Source: Podarcis vaucheri (taxonomy: Eukaryota). Taken from it: 64,000 nucleotides of DNA. Position 1 is the first letter of the stretch. Each line of letters opens with the position of its first letter. This document shows positions 1 through 12,404 of the stretch, one piece after another. Both the position numbers and the translations under genes were made by a program. The notes under the pieces are model-generated. The model had not been told where the DNA came from, ran no database searches, and saw nothing but the letters and a program-made list of their open reading frames with translations. The stretch is from NCBI GenBank assembly GCA_965113315.1, contig OZ220372.1, one strand, 5' to 3'.

Positions 1-220
1 GGGGACACTTAATCCATAGAGGTTTTGTCCCCCCCCCTTTTCAATTGCAAGAGAAAAACTCTAAATGATATAATTCTATGGCTAACTAGGAACTTGTCTA
101 ATGCCAAGTCAGAGATCCATCTAGGACTGTCTGCATGAAGGCTGTGTTCATGTTCCTCTGCATTTCCTGCAAGGTGTTTTTAATCCGTGTTCACACATTA
201 CCCAACATGCATATGTATCT

Positions 221-629
221 TCTTGTTGTTTAGTCGTTTAGTTGTGTCCGACTCTTCGTGACCCCATGGACCAGAGCACGCCAGGCACTCCTGTCTTCCA
301 CTGCCTCCCGAAGTTTGGTCAAACTCATTCTGGTAGCTTCGACAACACTGTCGTCCCCTTCTCCTTGTGCCTTCCATCTTTCCCAACATCAGGGTCTTTT
401 CCAGGGAGTCTTCTCTTCTCATGAGGTGGCCAAAGTCTTGGAGCCTCAGCTTCAGGACCTGTCCTTCCAGTGAGCACTCAGGGCTGATTTCCTTCAGAAT
501 GGAGAGGTTTGATCTTCTTGCAGTCCATGGGACTCTCAAGAGTCTCCTCCAGCACCATAATTCAAAAGCATCAATTCTTCGGTGATCAGCCTTCTTTATC
601 GTCCAGCTCTCACTTCCATATATCACTAA
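221..629 (-). mobile_element. BovB (RTE-clade LINE) 5'-truncated 3' fragment
   Basis: Minus-strand translation YGSESWTIKKADHRRIDAFELWCWRRLLRVPWTARRSNLSILKEISPECSLEG matches the BovB RT C-terminus; ends in GGACACAACTAAACGACTAAAC(AAC)n tail. Confidence 0.95.
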
Positions 630-755
630 AACATTACATAGAATAGAGGTATTCCTGGGGGCCGTGCGCCAGAGGTGGTCTGGGCCCAATCCATAGGTGT
701 GACTCGTACAGTAGGTTATGCCTCTAGCAGACCTGACTTCACACAAAAAATTAAC

Positions 756-756
<1 letters not shown>

Positions 757-793
<37 letters not shown>
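757..793. repeat. (TAGA)n microsatellite
   Basis: Seen directly. Confidence 0.95.
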
Positions 794-1079
794 TTAGAGA
801 TAGAGAGAGATGGTTGTACTTGGTTTATTAGGGATCGCAGGATTTGTAAACGGAATTTGCTTCTGTCTGTGGTTCTACAGAGAGCTTGGTCTCTCTGGGA
901 ATAGGGTTATCACAGGTCATTGTGCCATTGCAATGCTTAGTCCAGTGCCCAGCTGACATTTGTGTCCATGAGCAATACCTACTACAGGAGCAGAGCAGAT
1001 CTGGAGCACCAAGAAGCTCAATAAGGAGCTGTACAGCATCACCTTGGAGGGCACTAGGTTAGAGAAGGTTGCTCTAGAT

Positions 1080-1910
1080 CAGGGTTTGCCAAACTTGGGT
1101 CTCCAGCTGCTATAGGACTACAGTTCCCATCATCCCTGACAACTGCTCCTGCTAGCTAGGGATGATGGTGATATAAGTAAAAAAAACCTGCTCCTTTTCC
1201 CTTCTGGGGTACCCAAGAGCCCATACAGAGTCCTTCTGTAGGTTCTGTATCGGTAGGAGAAAATAACAGAGACCAACCAGAGAATATTGAGAAGCAAAGC
1301 AGCTAGTAAGCCTGATCTTGATTAACTGTTGCAACTAGGTCCTCACTCACCACACACAGGAGGGAGGAGGAACCCAGAACAATGGTGTGCAAGCCCTTAT
1401 ATAGACATTTTAAATTGCCCGCCCTGGAGTCCAAGACCACCCCCAGAAACATCATACATACATCACAGAAGGGGTGTAGCCCAAGACCACCCCCCGATAC
1501 ATCATACGTATATTACAGAAAAGGCGGTCTACAACAGAAATCTGAGTGCGTTGTTTATCTCCTGGCTGGCAAGTTACCTGATTGCATTATCTGGATTTTG
1601 GCCACTCTTTTGTTATTATAACTACTTAATTCCTGAATCTAGGTCACAGGTCACAGGCTCACACCCTCTTCATATCTTGAATGTGCCCTTAAGACAGGAT
1701 TTGTGAGGAAAGAGACAATGGGGAGGTTTCCCACTTTGACCTTGCAGATAAATATTTGAGGTCAATTTGTTCAGGACCTAATCTGTGGGGTTTCAGACAT
1801 GTGGTTTATAGTTATGAACATTTAATTTTTTTATATACGACCTTAAAATTCTTATAACAATGGGACTTGTAGTCCAACAGCAGCTGGGGACCCACGTTTG
1901 GGAAACCCTG
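1080..1910. mobile_element. Palindromic hAT-type MITE split by a solo LTR
   Basis: TIRs CAGGGTTTGCCAAAC / GTTTGGGAAACCCTG; halves 1080-1168 and 1860-1910 rejoin into the same family as 31570-31706 and 36097-36212. Confidence 0.8.
1169..1859 (-). mobile_element. Solo LTR (ERV/LTR retroelement)
   Basis: TG...CA ends with short inverted termini (TGATATAAG / CTTATAACA), 4-bp TSD ATGG, TATA box (GTCTATATAAGGG) on the minus strand; homologous to 14852-15797. Confidence 0.9.
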
Positions 1911-2624
1911 ATCTAGGTCCAGGGGCAGAACAGCAAACAGTGATCCTGCCCTTCATGTCAAGGTAAGTTTGCTGTAAACCACGTCAATATTTCTTTTTAT
2001 GAATAGCAGTAGGCAAATGCTTTAAAAGTGCATTGGGTGTCCCTTAAATGTTTGGTGTGAATCTGTCCTTGGGGTATCAGCATTCTAAGGGCTCAAGTCT
2101 GAAAATGCAGGATGCTCAGTTTACATGTGTGTGTGTATGAGTGTGTGTGTGTGTGTTAAGATGTATGTATGGGAGTTGCTTTTGACTGTTTTTCAACTGA
2201 AGCTGCTGAGAGCTGAACCGTGTCCCCTGGGGTGTTTCCGTGTACCATTAGGGTTGGGTGACAGTTCTGAATGGCAAAGCCACAGGTCATGTTACAAAGT
2301 AAACGCCTCCAAGGTACCAGCCCCGGTATGTGTCAGACAAACGAGACTGCTAATTTGATCATTAAACACTCCAGGCCTTTAAAAGAGAGTCAGCAAGAGG
2401 TTGCCATCTCCACCAGTGACCTGGAAAAGCAAACATCCTGAGGCTATTTGCGGCTTCACTGGTTACATTTTCCCCACATAGAGATAAGAATCTCTGAAGG
2501 TAGGAAGTGCTCCATCCTGAGTCGGACCACGGACCCGTCACAGTTCAGGATTGCCTGGTCAACTGGCAGTGACTTGCCAGGGTTCAGGACAGGACTCTTC
2601 ACCAGCGGGTTCACCAACAACTTA

Positions 2625-2722
2625 GATGGCTCAGCTGGTAGAACATAAGACTCTTAATCTCAGATTCATGGGTTTGAGCCTCAGGGTGGGACAAAGACTC
2701 TTCCAATTCTACGATTCTATGA
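2625..2722 (+). mobile_element. tRNA-Lys(CTT)-derived SINE with CR1-type tail, degenerate
   Basis: GCTCAGCTGGTAGAACATAAGACTCTTAATCTCAG...GGTTTGAGCC resembles tRNA-Lys-CTT; followed by TTCCAATTCTACGATTCTATGA (CR1-like 3' end). Confidence 0.75.
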
Positions 2723-3029
2723 AACGCCTACCTGGAGATAGCACTGAAAATGCACAACTTCATGAGTATTATAGAATGGCAAATGAACGCAAAGCTCACC
2801 AGGCAGGGCTTGGCCACTTCCCTCTCAACCTCACCTCTGTCTCCCTCCTTTCTCCAAACACCAGCTCTCAGCTCGCCTCGCTCTCCATAGCGAAGCTCCA
2901 CACTTAGTTGGCAGGTCCTAGAAAACTGGCTGCACCGCTTCCTCTTCTTTATCAACTTTCCTTGACCAAAACAGTAGGGGTTTTTTTGCTGGGGTGGTCA
3001 GTTCAGCGGAATCCCATCCTTGTTGCCAG

Positions 3030-3444
3030 TGAAATATACTCAGAGTCGAGTGTGGATTTCATGCTCTTTATTCAGCTCATAGTAGTGAGGAATGCCAGTT
3101 CCCCCGAAATGTCTGCTTTATATACATTATTTACACAATGGGCCCCACATGATTGGCTAATTCTGGGATTCTCCTGTAGGCCAATCAGGTTGCGGATTCA
3201 CTTCCACCTGGAGTTGGATTGGGTGGCTCCTGCGGACCAATCAGACTGCTGCATTCTGAATCCTATTGTTCTAGGACCAATCAGACTGCTGCATTCTGAA
3301 TCCTATTGTTCTAGGACCAATCAGACTGCTGCATTCTGAATCCTATTGTTCTGGGACCAATCAGACTGCTACATTCTGGATCCTGTTGTTCTAGGACCAA
3401 TCAGACTGCTGCATTTTGGATCCTATTCAACTCAATACATAACA
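3030..3444 (-). mobile_element. Solo LTR with an internal 40-bp tandem array
   Basis: Minus strand starts TGTTATGTATTGAG, contains TATATAAA and AATAAA, ends ATATTTCA; TSD not clean. Confidence 0.7.
3234..3427. repeat. About 5 copies of a 40-bp unit GGACCAATCAGACTGCTGCATTCTGAATCCTATTGTTCTA
   Basis: Units start at 3234, 3274, 3314, 3354 and 3394. Confidence 0.95.

Positions 3445-3446
<2 letters not shown>

Positions 3447-3484
<38 letters not shown>
3447..3484. repeat. (GT)n microsatellite
   Basis: Seen directly. Confidence 0.95.
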
Positions 3485-3488
<4 letters not shown>

Positions 3489-4561
3489 CTAGTTATCTTG
3501 GAGGCAATTCGGCTACACCTGGGCATTCTGGGATGTGTGTGTGACCTTTAGCCCCCTCCTTCCCCTCTCAACCAGGGTCCTTGATTCAACAGCTGGAGCG
3601 AATGCTCAGTGTTGGTTAAAATACAGCTTTGCTCCCGTATTGGACAGATATGTCCTTCATTCCCTTGGTTTTGTCTGCCTGATCCATTTAGCAGAACTTC
3701 AGAAGATAAATGGTCTCTTGTCTTGGGTTTGTGCCTTGTCTGTAACTCCCAGGCCTTGTCTCACTGCAGGGGCCGTTAAGTTCTCTGCCAGAAGGCAAGT
3801 AATGACTATTTTGAAAAAGGGAGATAGATAGTAATGAAGGTACGACAGGTTGGACTCTTTGCGTTGTATTACTCCCTCATGCTTTTATTGCCAAGGAAGG
3901 CATTCTGCCACATCCACTCCTCTTTGCTCTTTCCTTCTTTTTACTTGGGTGGATCTGTCTACATGAAGAAGAAGACCGCCTGAGTTAAGACAGGTTGCCT
4001 CACTTCAAAAACAGAGCATTCAGGGAAGCGAAGACCTTACCGTGGTATGAAAGCAAGGCCGTGAACTATCTCTCTGGAAAGAAAGGAGGAGAAATCCTCT
4101 GAGGATATAAGCCTGGCACTCTCCTGCTCTGTTAAAGAGAGCTGGAGGCAATCTGTACTTTTTGCAGCTGTATTAAAACGCGAGGGGGAGGGGGAGAACC
4201 CGAATCTCTGTCTCTATTTATTACATTCATATCCTACCTTTCCTCAAGGCAGTATACAGGGTCCTTCTCAAAGGCAGTCACTTTATACATCATCATCAAC
4301 AGCAACAAAGGAAACATATCACCCCAAAGAGGACAACAATTCGCATTTGCTAAATCGATGCACACGTGCAAATTTAGAAGTATGGTAATGACTGTAATCT
4401 GGATAGAAATATATTTTGCCACAGTGGAGAAGACAGCGACCAGGGTCACACTCACAACATGCTTTTAAGGGACAACGATGCCATTTAGGCAGTCATGGCT
4501 TCCCCCAAAGAATTCTGGGAGCTTTCCTTGGTTAAAGGTGCTGTTTTAGAGACCCCTAACC

Positions 4562-5200
4562 TCCTGGCAAATAGAAGGCGAAGAAATGGAGGCAGTGAGC
4601 GATTTTACTTTCTTGGGCTCCACGATCACTGCAGATGGTGACAGCAGTCACTAAATTAAATGACACCTGCTTCTTGGGAGAAAAGCAATGACAAACCTAG
4701 ACAACATCTTAAAAAGCAGAGACATCACCTTGCCAACAAAGGTCCGTATAGTTAATGCTATGGTTTCCCCAGTGGTGATGTATGGAAGTGAGAGCTGGAC
4801 CATAAAGAAGGCTGATCGCCGAAGAATTGATGCCTTTGAATTATGGTGCTGGAGGAGACTCTTGAGAGTCCCATGGACTGCAGGAAGATCAGACCTATCC
4901 ATTCTGAAGGAAATCAGCCCTGAGTGCTCACTGGAAGGACAGATCCTGAAGCTGAGGCTCCAATACTCTGGCCACTTCATGAGAAGAGAAGACTCCCTGG
5001 AAAAGACCCTGATGTTGGGAAAGATGGAAGGCACAAGAAGAAGAGGACAACAGAGGACGAGATGGTTGGACAGTGTTCTCAAAGCTACGAACATGAGTTT
5101 GACCAAACTGTGGGAGGCAGAGGAAGACAGGAGTGCCTGGCATGCTCTGGTCCATGGGTCACGAAGAGTCGGACACGACTAAACGACTAAACAACAACAA
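4562..5200 (+). mobile_element. BovB LINE 5'-truncated fragment
   Basis: ORF 4688-5182 (MTNLDNILKSRDITLPTKVRIV...IDAFELWCWRRLLRVPW) matches the BovB RT C-terminus; (CAA)n tail. Confidence 0.95.
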
Positions 5201-6009
5201 CCCCATCGAAGAGCTAAAATTGCCAGGGTTCTCTGGGAAGACGGATTGCAGCTGAGAAGTGTAGCTCTGTGAGGGGAATTGGGGTTTCCTAGCAATTCTC
5301 AGGCCCCTTAAAGAATTACAGCTCCCATAATTCCTTGGGGAAGCCAGACCCATAGTGCTTTAAGTGTGTGGTGCTAATGTGGCCCTTAGGCCTGCTCAGT
5401 CTTCTGTCTAGGTGTTAAGCACTGATGGGCAACTTGGACCAGACAGCCAGACCTTGAAGCAGAGCTGGTGTGCAGAACCTTTAGCCCTCCTGAGGCTGCT
5501 GAACTACAACTCCCATCATCCCTGGCCATTGCTCATACTTGAAGGGACAGATGGGAGCTGTAGTTCTACATCTGGAAGACCAAATTTCCCCACACACCTG
5601 AAAGAGAGGATGCCTTGGAATAGGGGGCTGTCTTCTGTGCCTCCTTAGTTGCAGTCTGGCATTTTTAACGCTATGCCATACTGGCTCTCAAAATGTATAG
5701 AAAGATGGAATTCCCTCTCCAAAGAAGCTTATCTGGCAACAACCTTGTTATCAGGGGAATACTACTTCTTTTCTTTTTTGAAATCCCAGGTCTTTTTGAT
5801 TTTTATAATGAAATGATTTTATAATATTGTATATTTTACTGTTCTTAGCCGCCCTGAGCCCGGCTTCGGCTGGGGAGGGCGGGATATAAATAAAATTTTA
5901 TTATTATTATTAGAAGCACTTTCTGGATTCTCAAATGATCAGCCTCATGGGATGATAATGAGTTCTAGTCTTATGAAAGAGTGGGGAGAATTTCCTTTAT
6001 TCACTTCTA

Positions 6010-6304
6010 TCATGTTGCCTCTGACACGCCTTTTCTTTAAACTAAAGAGTCCCAAATGCTTCCACCTTTCCTCACAGGTGTGGGAATGTTCAGGGAGGCA
6101 GGAGAGGATATATTGTTTATTAATATCCTTCCTAACTTGCGCTAGCAAGTTCTATAACTTAGCAGAGTTTAAAATCATTTTACTTGCCCTTTTTTGAAAC
6201 TTTTCCAACTCTGCAATATCCTTTCTGAGGTGAGGCAACCAGAACTTTACACACAGTATTCCTAATGTGGTTGCACCACAGATTTGCATAATGGCATCAT
6301 GATA
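6010..6304 (-). mobile_element. CR1 LINE fragment, 3' part of ORF2
   Basis: Minus-strand EERWKHLGLFSLKKRRVRGNMIEV is CR1-like; an upstream piece is at 8680-8885. Confidence 0.8.
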
Positions 6305-6309
6305 CCACC

Positions 6310-8432
6310 AGCTGAAAGGAAGGACAAGATAATAAACAAGGTTATTGACAAAGGGAAACGTTTAACAAATTCGAAAGAGATAGGAAAAGCCTTTCTAAAA
6401 TTCTACACAGCATTATATCGGCGTGAGAAGGAAGACCCAGAGAAAATGGAAACTTATTTGAATAATTGCAATATATCCAAAGTTGCTAAGGAAGACTTTA
6501 AGACTTTAAATGCACCCATATCAATTTTGGAACTGAAGCTGGAAATTTAGCCAAATGAAAACAGGTCATGCACCTGATCCAGATGGAATTTCTGCAATTT
6601 ATTATATATATAAAAAATCAAAATGCATTAATTGAACCACTTAAGGGCACTATGAATAGAATTTTGGTGACAGGAGAGGTGCCTGAATCGTGGAAAAATG
6701 CATTTATCACCCTGATTCTGAAACAAGACTGTGATTTAATGAGGACTAAGAACTATAGACCGATTTCTTTACTTGTGACTATAAACGACAGGTATTTGCT
6801 GCAATTTTAGCTAATAGATTGAAACAGTGCAGTTGCTACTTTGAAACACATCGGGTTAAATGCATTCACTCGTTTGGGGCTACAATCCTATACACACTTG
6901 CCATGGGATACACTCAGTGCTTTTTTTCTTTAAAAAATGTTTAGGGGTACTCTCATTTTGACTCAAGAAAATCACCATTTTATAGTTCAAATCAGGAAAA
7001 TTAAATACAGTAAATGGACAAAAGTACAAAGATTCCCAAAATGTTTAGGGGTATGCGTGCCCCTGTGCCCTCCCCCAGAAAAAAAGCAATGGGTTGAAAA
7101 GAGTTTTAAGCAAATGTATTCACAGAGACCAAACAGGTTTCCTTCCAGGACGTCAACTGAAAAATAACACAAGGAATGTAATTAATTTGATTGAATATCT
7201 GGAAGTAAGAAATGAAAAATAAGCAGCATAATTTTTTTTAGATGCTGAGAAAGCCTTTCATAATAAGGTCCTAGAGAGGATGGAGATTGGTGACTCTTTC
7301 CTAGTAGGAATTAAAGCAATTTATACTGAACTATCTGCAAATATATTAGTAAATAACAATCTCTCAGACAAATGCCCAATAAGTAAAAGGACTAGACAAT
7401 GCTGCCTATTATCCCCACTGTTGTTAATTTTGATGCTGGAAATATTAGAAGGGGAATATTAGAAGGGGAAATAGGGAAATTAAAGGAAAAATGTTTTGGG
7501 GGGTTTTGGACCAAAGCTCACAATTTGAAAAAAGAGCTACTGCTGAATAAGGAAAAATGATTGTCTAAAATATACACATTATTATTCGAATGGGAAACAA
7601 AAGATGAGTTGGTTAAAAGCATCAATGACCCACTGGGCAATAGATATAGGATACAATATAGAATTAAACCTCCGGGAGAAACTTTGGAAGAATGATTTGA
7701 AATTCACCTCATGCTACACACTGAAAGAGAATTACATGAAAATGATTCATAGATGGTATTTAACCCCGAGGAGACTGGCTAAGATGTATAATGTGGAATC
7801 AAACTTGTGTTGGAAATGTAGAGAAGTAGAAGGAACCTTTTACATATGTGGTGGGCATGCAAAAAAAGTTGAAGAATATTTGGAAATGATATATAATGAG
7901 ATAAAAAAAAGTTTAAAATATCTCCCCCTCAAAAAACAAAAAAACAACCAGAGGCATTTCTGTTAGAAATTGTTCAGACAGAGGTTCTCAGTAGTCGGGG
8001 GGGGGGGGGATTACGGTATGTATGCAACAACAACAGCTCAAATTTTGTTCACCCAAAAATGGAAAGTGAGAGAGGTCTCTGGTAAGTAGGATTGGCAATT
8101 TAAGATATGCAGAGTTAGCAGATCTAAGAAGCCAAATAAGAGAACAAAAAGAACATGCACTTAAAGAGGAGTGGAAAATCTTTGTTGAGTACACTGAAAA
8201 TAATTGTGCACAGTTAAAAACGCTGGCAGTATTGAAGTAATTCAACAGTACAGCATATTCTGAAGTGATGTAAGAAAGGTAAATTGAATTAGATGAATTT
8301 ATTAAAATATGTAGGAATACTGGATAAGTTAAATGAGCATTGGAAGGGGAGGGAGAGAAGTCAATGAATGTTTGGTATAATAAAAGATGTTTAATTTGGA
8401 ATGTAAAACTTGAAAATTTAATAAAAATTATA
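6310..8432 (+). mobile_element. Decayed L1/Tx1-clade LINE (ORF2 fragments and 3' end)
   Basis: Motifs ESWKNAFITLI..K..D....NYRPISLL, DAEKAF, TRQCCLLSPLL and HRWYLTP...LCWKC across frameshifted ORFs; AATAAA near 8420. Confidence 0.9.
6915..7091. mobile_element. Small non-autonomous DNA transposon inserted in the L1
   Basis: Inverted termini CAGTGCTTTTTTT / AAAAAAAGCAATG interrupt the L1 RT region. Confidence 0.6.
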
Positions 8433-8679
8433 GACATATTTAAAATGCATCTCTGGGTTATTTGTGGGGCCTGCCTGGTGTTTTTACATGAGTAGAATAT
8501 GTGCTTTTATTTAAAATGCATCTCTGAGTTATTTGTGGGGTATAGGAATTCGTTCATTTCCCCCCCAAAAATATAGTCTGGTCTACCACATGGTCTGAGG
8601 GATGGTGGACCCGCCCATGGCTGAAAAAGGTTGCTGACCCCTAACCTATTCATTCAGCTACCAGATTATTATTTTTTTT

Positions 8680-8885
8680 GCCCCAGCATGCCTCACTTTA
8701 CACTTGCCTACACTGAATTGCATTTGGTATTTTACCACCCATTCACTCAGTTTGGGGAGGTGTTTTTGGAGCCCTTCTGAATATCTATTTTTTTCCGCCA
8801 CCCTGAAAAAATTAGTATCGTCAGCAAACTTGACCGGCTCACTGCTCACCCATAACTCTAGATCTTTTTTATGAAACGCCACCAA
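8680..8885 (-). mobile_element. CR1 LINE RT fragment
   Basis: KFADDT...LQKHL.KLSEW...QMQFSVGKCKVRH motif. Confidence 0.88.
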
Positions 8886-9757
8886 ACGTCTTTCTCATTT
8901 CAGACTGGTCTGGGGTCAGTGTCCAAGCCTCTAATCTGGCTACAGACAAACAACCTTCCTGCCATTGTCTCTTCTTGTGTAAGCCCCAAAGTTAAACAAA
9001 CCCAAGACCAGCAGACAACATTTATCACCTACTTTATAAAAACAGTCCTGGTTGGCATCAGTGGCTCCCCCCCCCCCACTCACAACCACCCCTCACTCCC
9101 CCCTCAGCCAGGACTCCTCAAGAGGCAGGTTTATAGGGATGTGACAGAAACCAACCTGGGAGCTAGAAAGGTATTTTTCAGACATCAAAGGTCCCATTAA
9201 GGTGAGCTGCCCCAAAGCTGCCTCCACTTTAATGGAGGAGATTAGGCCCTGTTCCCTCACCTCCTTCCAAGTTCCTAAATAAATGTTTAATCCCCATTTA
9301 TGTCCTCTCTGATGGTCTACCTAAAAACCGACACAACGGCTGTCTACAGTTGCAGACATGCGTGCTTCAGTTAGATGCTGCTGGGTTCGCCCTCATAATT
9401 GGCCATCTCCCTCACCTCCTTTCCTGTACCCCCAATTACAGATCCCGCATAACACAATTTGCAAAGAGGCCAAACGTTTTTATGGCCTGCGCGCAGAGCC
9501 AGCAGCAATTGAATTTACTCTCGTAATGCAGATTGGCATTAGGGAAGTCACTTAGGCTGTGGACACGCTGCTGGTTTAAAACACAGGTCGTTCTTTTTTC
9601 CTCAATTCGGATTGAAGCTGGTTTGGAGGGAAGGGCAGCATTTCAGAAGAAGTGATGGTATAGATACACAGGCTGCATCTAGACACATCAAAGAAGCAAT
9701 TCACTTAAATGCATCATAAGCTTTGCATGAGAAATCGGGTTGGGGAAAATGGAACTC

Positions 9758-9776
9758 CACAGCGCCATCTGGTGTC
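9758..9776 (-). promoter_or_regulatory. Candidate CTCF site
   Basis: Minus strand GACACCAGATGGCGCTG matches the core CCASYAGRKGGCRS at 13 of 14 positions, in non-repeat sequence. Confidence 0.55.
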
Positions 9777-10421
9777 CCAGTGTTATAATGCACATACAAC
9801 GCCTATAAAGCGCTTTTTCTTTGCAATGTAGCTGAGTCCGCAGTGTGGCTAATATCATGTCCCGATTCAGCGATGGTGGGAGCAAAGCCTTCAGATTTGG
9901 TCTCCAGTCTCACTCCACTTGCTGCATTTTATAGAATCATAGAATCTCCTTCCTTGGAGGTTTTTAAGCAGAGGTTAGATGGCCATCTGTCATGGATGCT
10001 TTAGCCGAGATCCCTGCATTGCAGGGGGTTGGACTAGATGACCCTCGGGGTCTCTTCCAACTCTGCAATTCTGTGATTCTACTTTTCTAGATCCTATTCA
10101 CATATTTGCATCTATACATATAAATTAGTAGACGTGAAACGATATGCAAACCTGCTTCCTCCTTTGTCTTGCATTTCTTCTTTTTGTAAATGTTCCTGTT
10201 TGGTTTGGTTTTCTTGCGTCACAAGAAAAGACAACTCATATAGAGAAGGGTGAGGTACAGTGTTACCTCCACATTTCCTTCACAACAATCCTGTGTGGTA
10301 GGATCAGACTGAAAGAGAGTGAGTGGCCCAAAGTCACCCAGTGAGCTTCACGATCCTTTGCAAGTAAATTGACATCACCAACTGAGTTTGCTCCCATATA
10401 AATCGATTTAGAACCAAAGTA

Positions 10422-10662
10422 CAGTGGTACCTCGGGTTAAGAACTTAATTCGTTCTGGAGGTCTGTTCTTAACCTGAAACTGTTCTTAATCTGAGGTACC
10501 ACTTTAGCTAATGGGACCTCCCACTGCCACTGCCGCCGCCGCACAATTTCTGTTCTCATCCTGAAGCAAAGTTCTTAAAACAGAGGTACTATTTCTGGGT
10601 TAGTGGAGTCTGTAACCTGAAGCGTCTGTAACCTGAAGCGTCTGCAACCCGAGGTACCACTG
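10422..10662. mobile_element. Tc1/mariner (pogo/Tigger-like) MITE, family A
   Basis: TIR CAGTGGTACCTCGGGTT ... AACCCGAGGTACCACTG with a 5' TA; five copies in the window. Confidence 0.9.
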
Positions 10663-11202
10663 TGTAGTATGTTGTTTACTCTTTGGGGATCTGCCCTAGT
10701 AACCGAAGAGTTTGTGGGATTAGATTTATTCCTTTCTTTTTGGGAGGGAGCATTTGGCCTTTTGATGATCACACTCCCAGTCACTGAAAAGAGCTCCTCC
10801 ACCCCTTTCCCTTCTTATCTTGCTAATCCACACCCACATTTGCATACAGGGTTTATTTCCTCCTTTGCTCTGGCAGAGAATCAAAAGCATTGCTAAATAA
10901 AATATTTGGTTGTGTATCTACAGTGCATAAATAGCTTAATCAAATGCCATTGCTTGCCTGGCTTACGCTGGCGCTGTACCAAGAGGAGCTAGTCAGAACA
11001 AGATTTCAAAAAGAAGGGAGCAGCGAGTTGGGGAAACAGGGATGGGCTGTGCTCACCACTGGCTAGGGCTGCTCCCTGATTCTTTGTCTTAGCACTGAAC
11101 ACATGAAGCTGCCTCGTATTACTGTCTCACCACTGGTACATCTAGCTTTGTACTGTCTGTGTTGACTGGCAGAGGCTCTCCAGGACTGAACCAGGGACCT
11201 TC

Positions 11203-11203
<1 letters not shown>

Positions 11204-11249
<46 letters not shown>
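11204..11249. repeat. (CA)n microsatellite
   Basis: Seen directly. Confidence 0.95.
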
Positions 11250-11251
<2 letters not shown>

Positions 11252-12404
11252 ATGGGCACTTTATCCCAGTGTATGCATTTTTCTAAACGTTAATTGGCAT
11301 GAGAACAACACGGCCAAATTCTGAAAGTGTGAATTTTGAACGATGCTTGTGTTTCGCAAGAGGAAAATTAGATAAGTCTGCCTTGAAACGAGAAGTGAAT
11401 CGGATTTCTCCCCCATCCTTAGATTCTACATTAAAGGCTGTGAAGCCTCAACTGAATTTTCAGCTCTCTTAAAAATAAGGACCTGCTTCTTACTAGCCTC
11501 AGACCACGTGGAGACCCACAACTTAACCTGGGACTGTAGGGAGGACTCCCCATTGACCCAACTGCCCTATGGCTTCGAATGCCAAGGGCTGGCATCAGCA
11601 CCTGGCATCCCTGAATAGCTGAATAGGACCAACCATTGAGGCCTGCTGTGGGCCCTCCTTTAATTTTACTTCTTCATGGACCTGTCTAGCACACTGGGCA
11701 GCAGCAGATCCATGACTGGATCTAGCCAGCATTTTAATTTGCCACAATGCTCCCCTATAGCACCACCCTGGGGCATTGTGGGAAATTTAAATGGCCACTC
11801 CCCAGCCACCCAGCTCAATAAGTCGGCATGCCTGCCAGAGAGCAGTTTTTGCATGCCCACCTCACCCCTGAAGCCCCATGAGCAACATGCCTGAAGAACT
11901 ACCTCTTAGATTCCAAATTCTATTTCACAACAATTTAAAACACTGCATAGTCCAATGTAACATATTTTTCTCTGCCACCTGCAAACTCCTTTCGGTGTTT
12001 TGGCAGCTGTAGCCTCCCCTAAAACCCAGCATTGCCGTTGGGCATTTTAAGGCATTCTCCAGAGCCTTGGCACAAACAACAACAGGCAAGGGTGGGTGGT
12101 TTCTCCTGGCGCCATGGCAACCCGGGTCACGCTGACACAGCCAAACCATCTGACGCCTTTGCTTTAGTCAAGCGCACAGCAAATATGTCAACCACACTTG
12201 GTAATGGCAGCAGTGATGAGGGGAATCAAACCCCACCCGCTTCTCAGACAACATGGCCCCCTGCAATGTCTGCAAATTCAACACACTGGGAACACAAAAT
12301 GATTTGTGACAAAATCACCCTGTATGGAAACAGAGTGGGCCGTTCTCGCCTGACAACAATTGTCACCGATTTCAGTGGCATTTAGAAGCAACGCAATTAG
12401 GTTA

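Noticed and set aside
2625-2700. Functional tRNA-Lys gene (likewise tRNA-Ile at 34520-34590)
   Set aside because: Acceptor stem and B-box are degenerate and the sequence is fused to a CR1-type tail, so these are SINE heads.
3234-3427. Regularly spaced repeats resembling a CRISPR array
   Set aside because: Units are head-to-tail with no unique spacers, in a vertebrate LTR context.
6284-7966. Cluster of plus-strand ORFs as a host gene or active retroelement
   Set aside because: Frameshifted, internally deleted L1 ORF2 remnants interrupted by a MITE.
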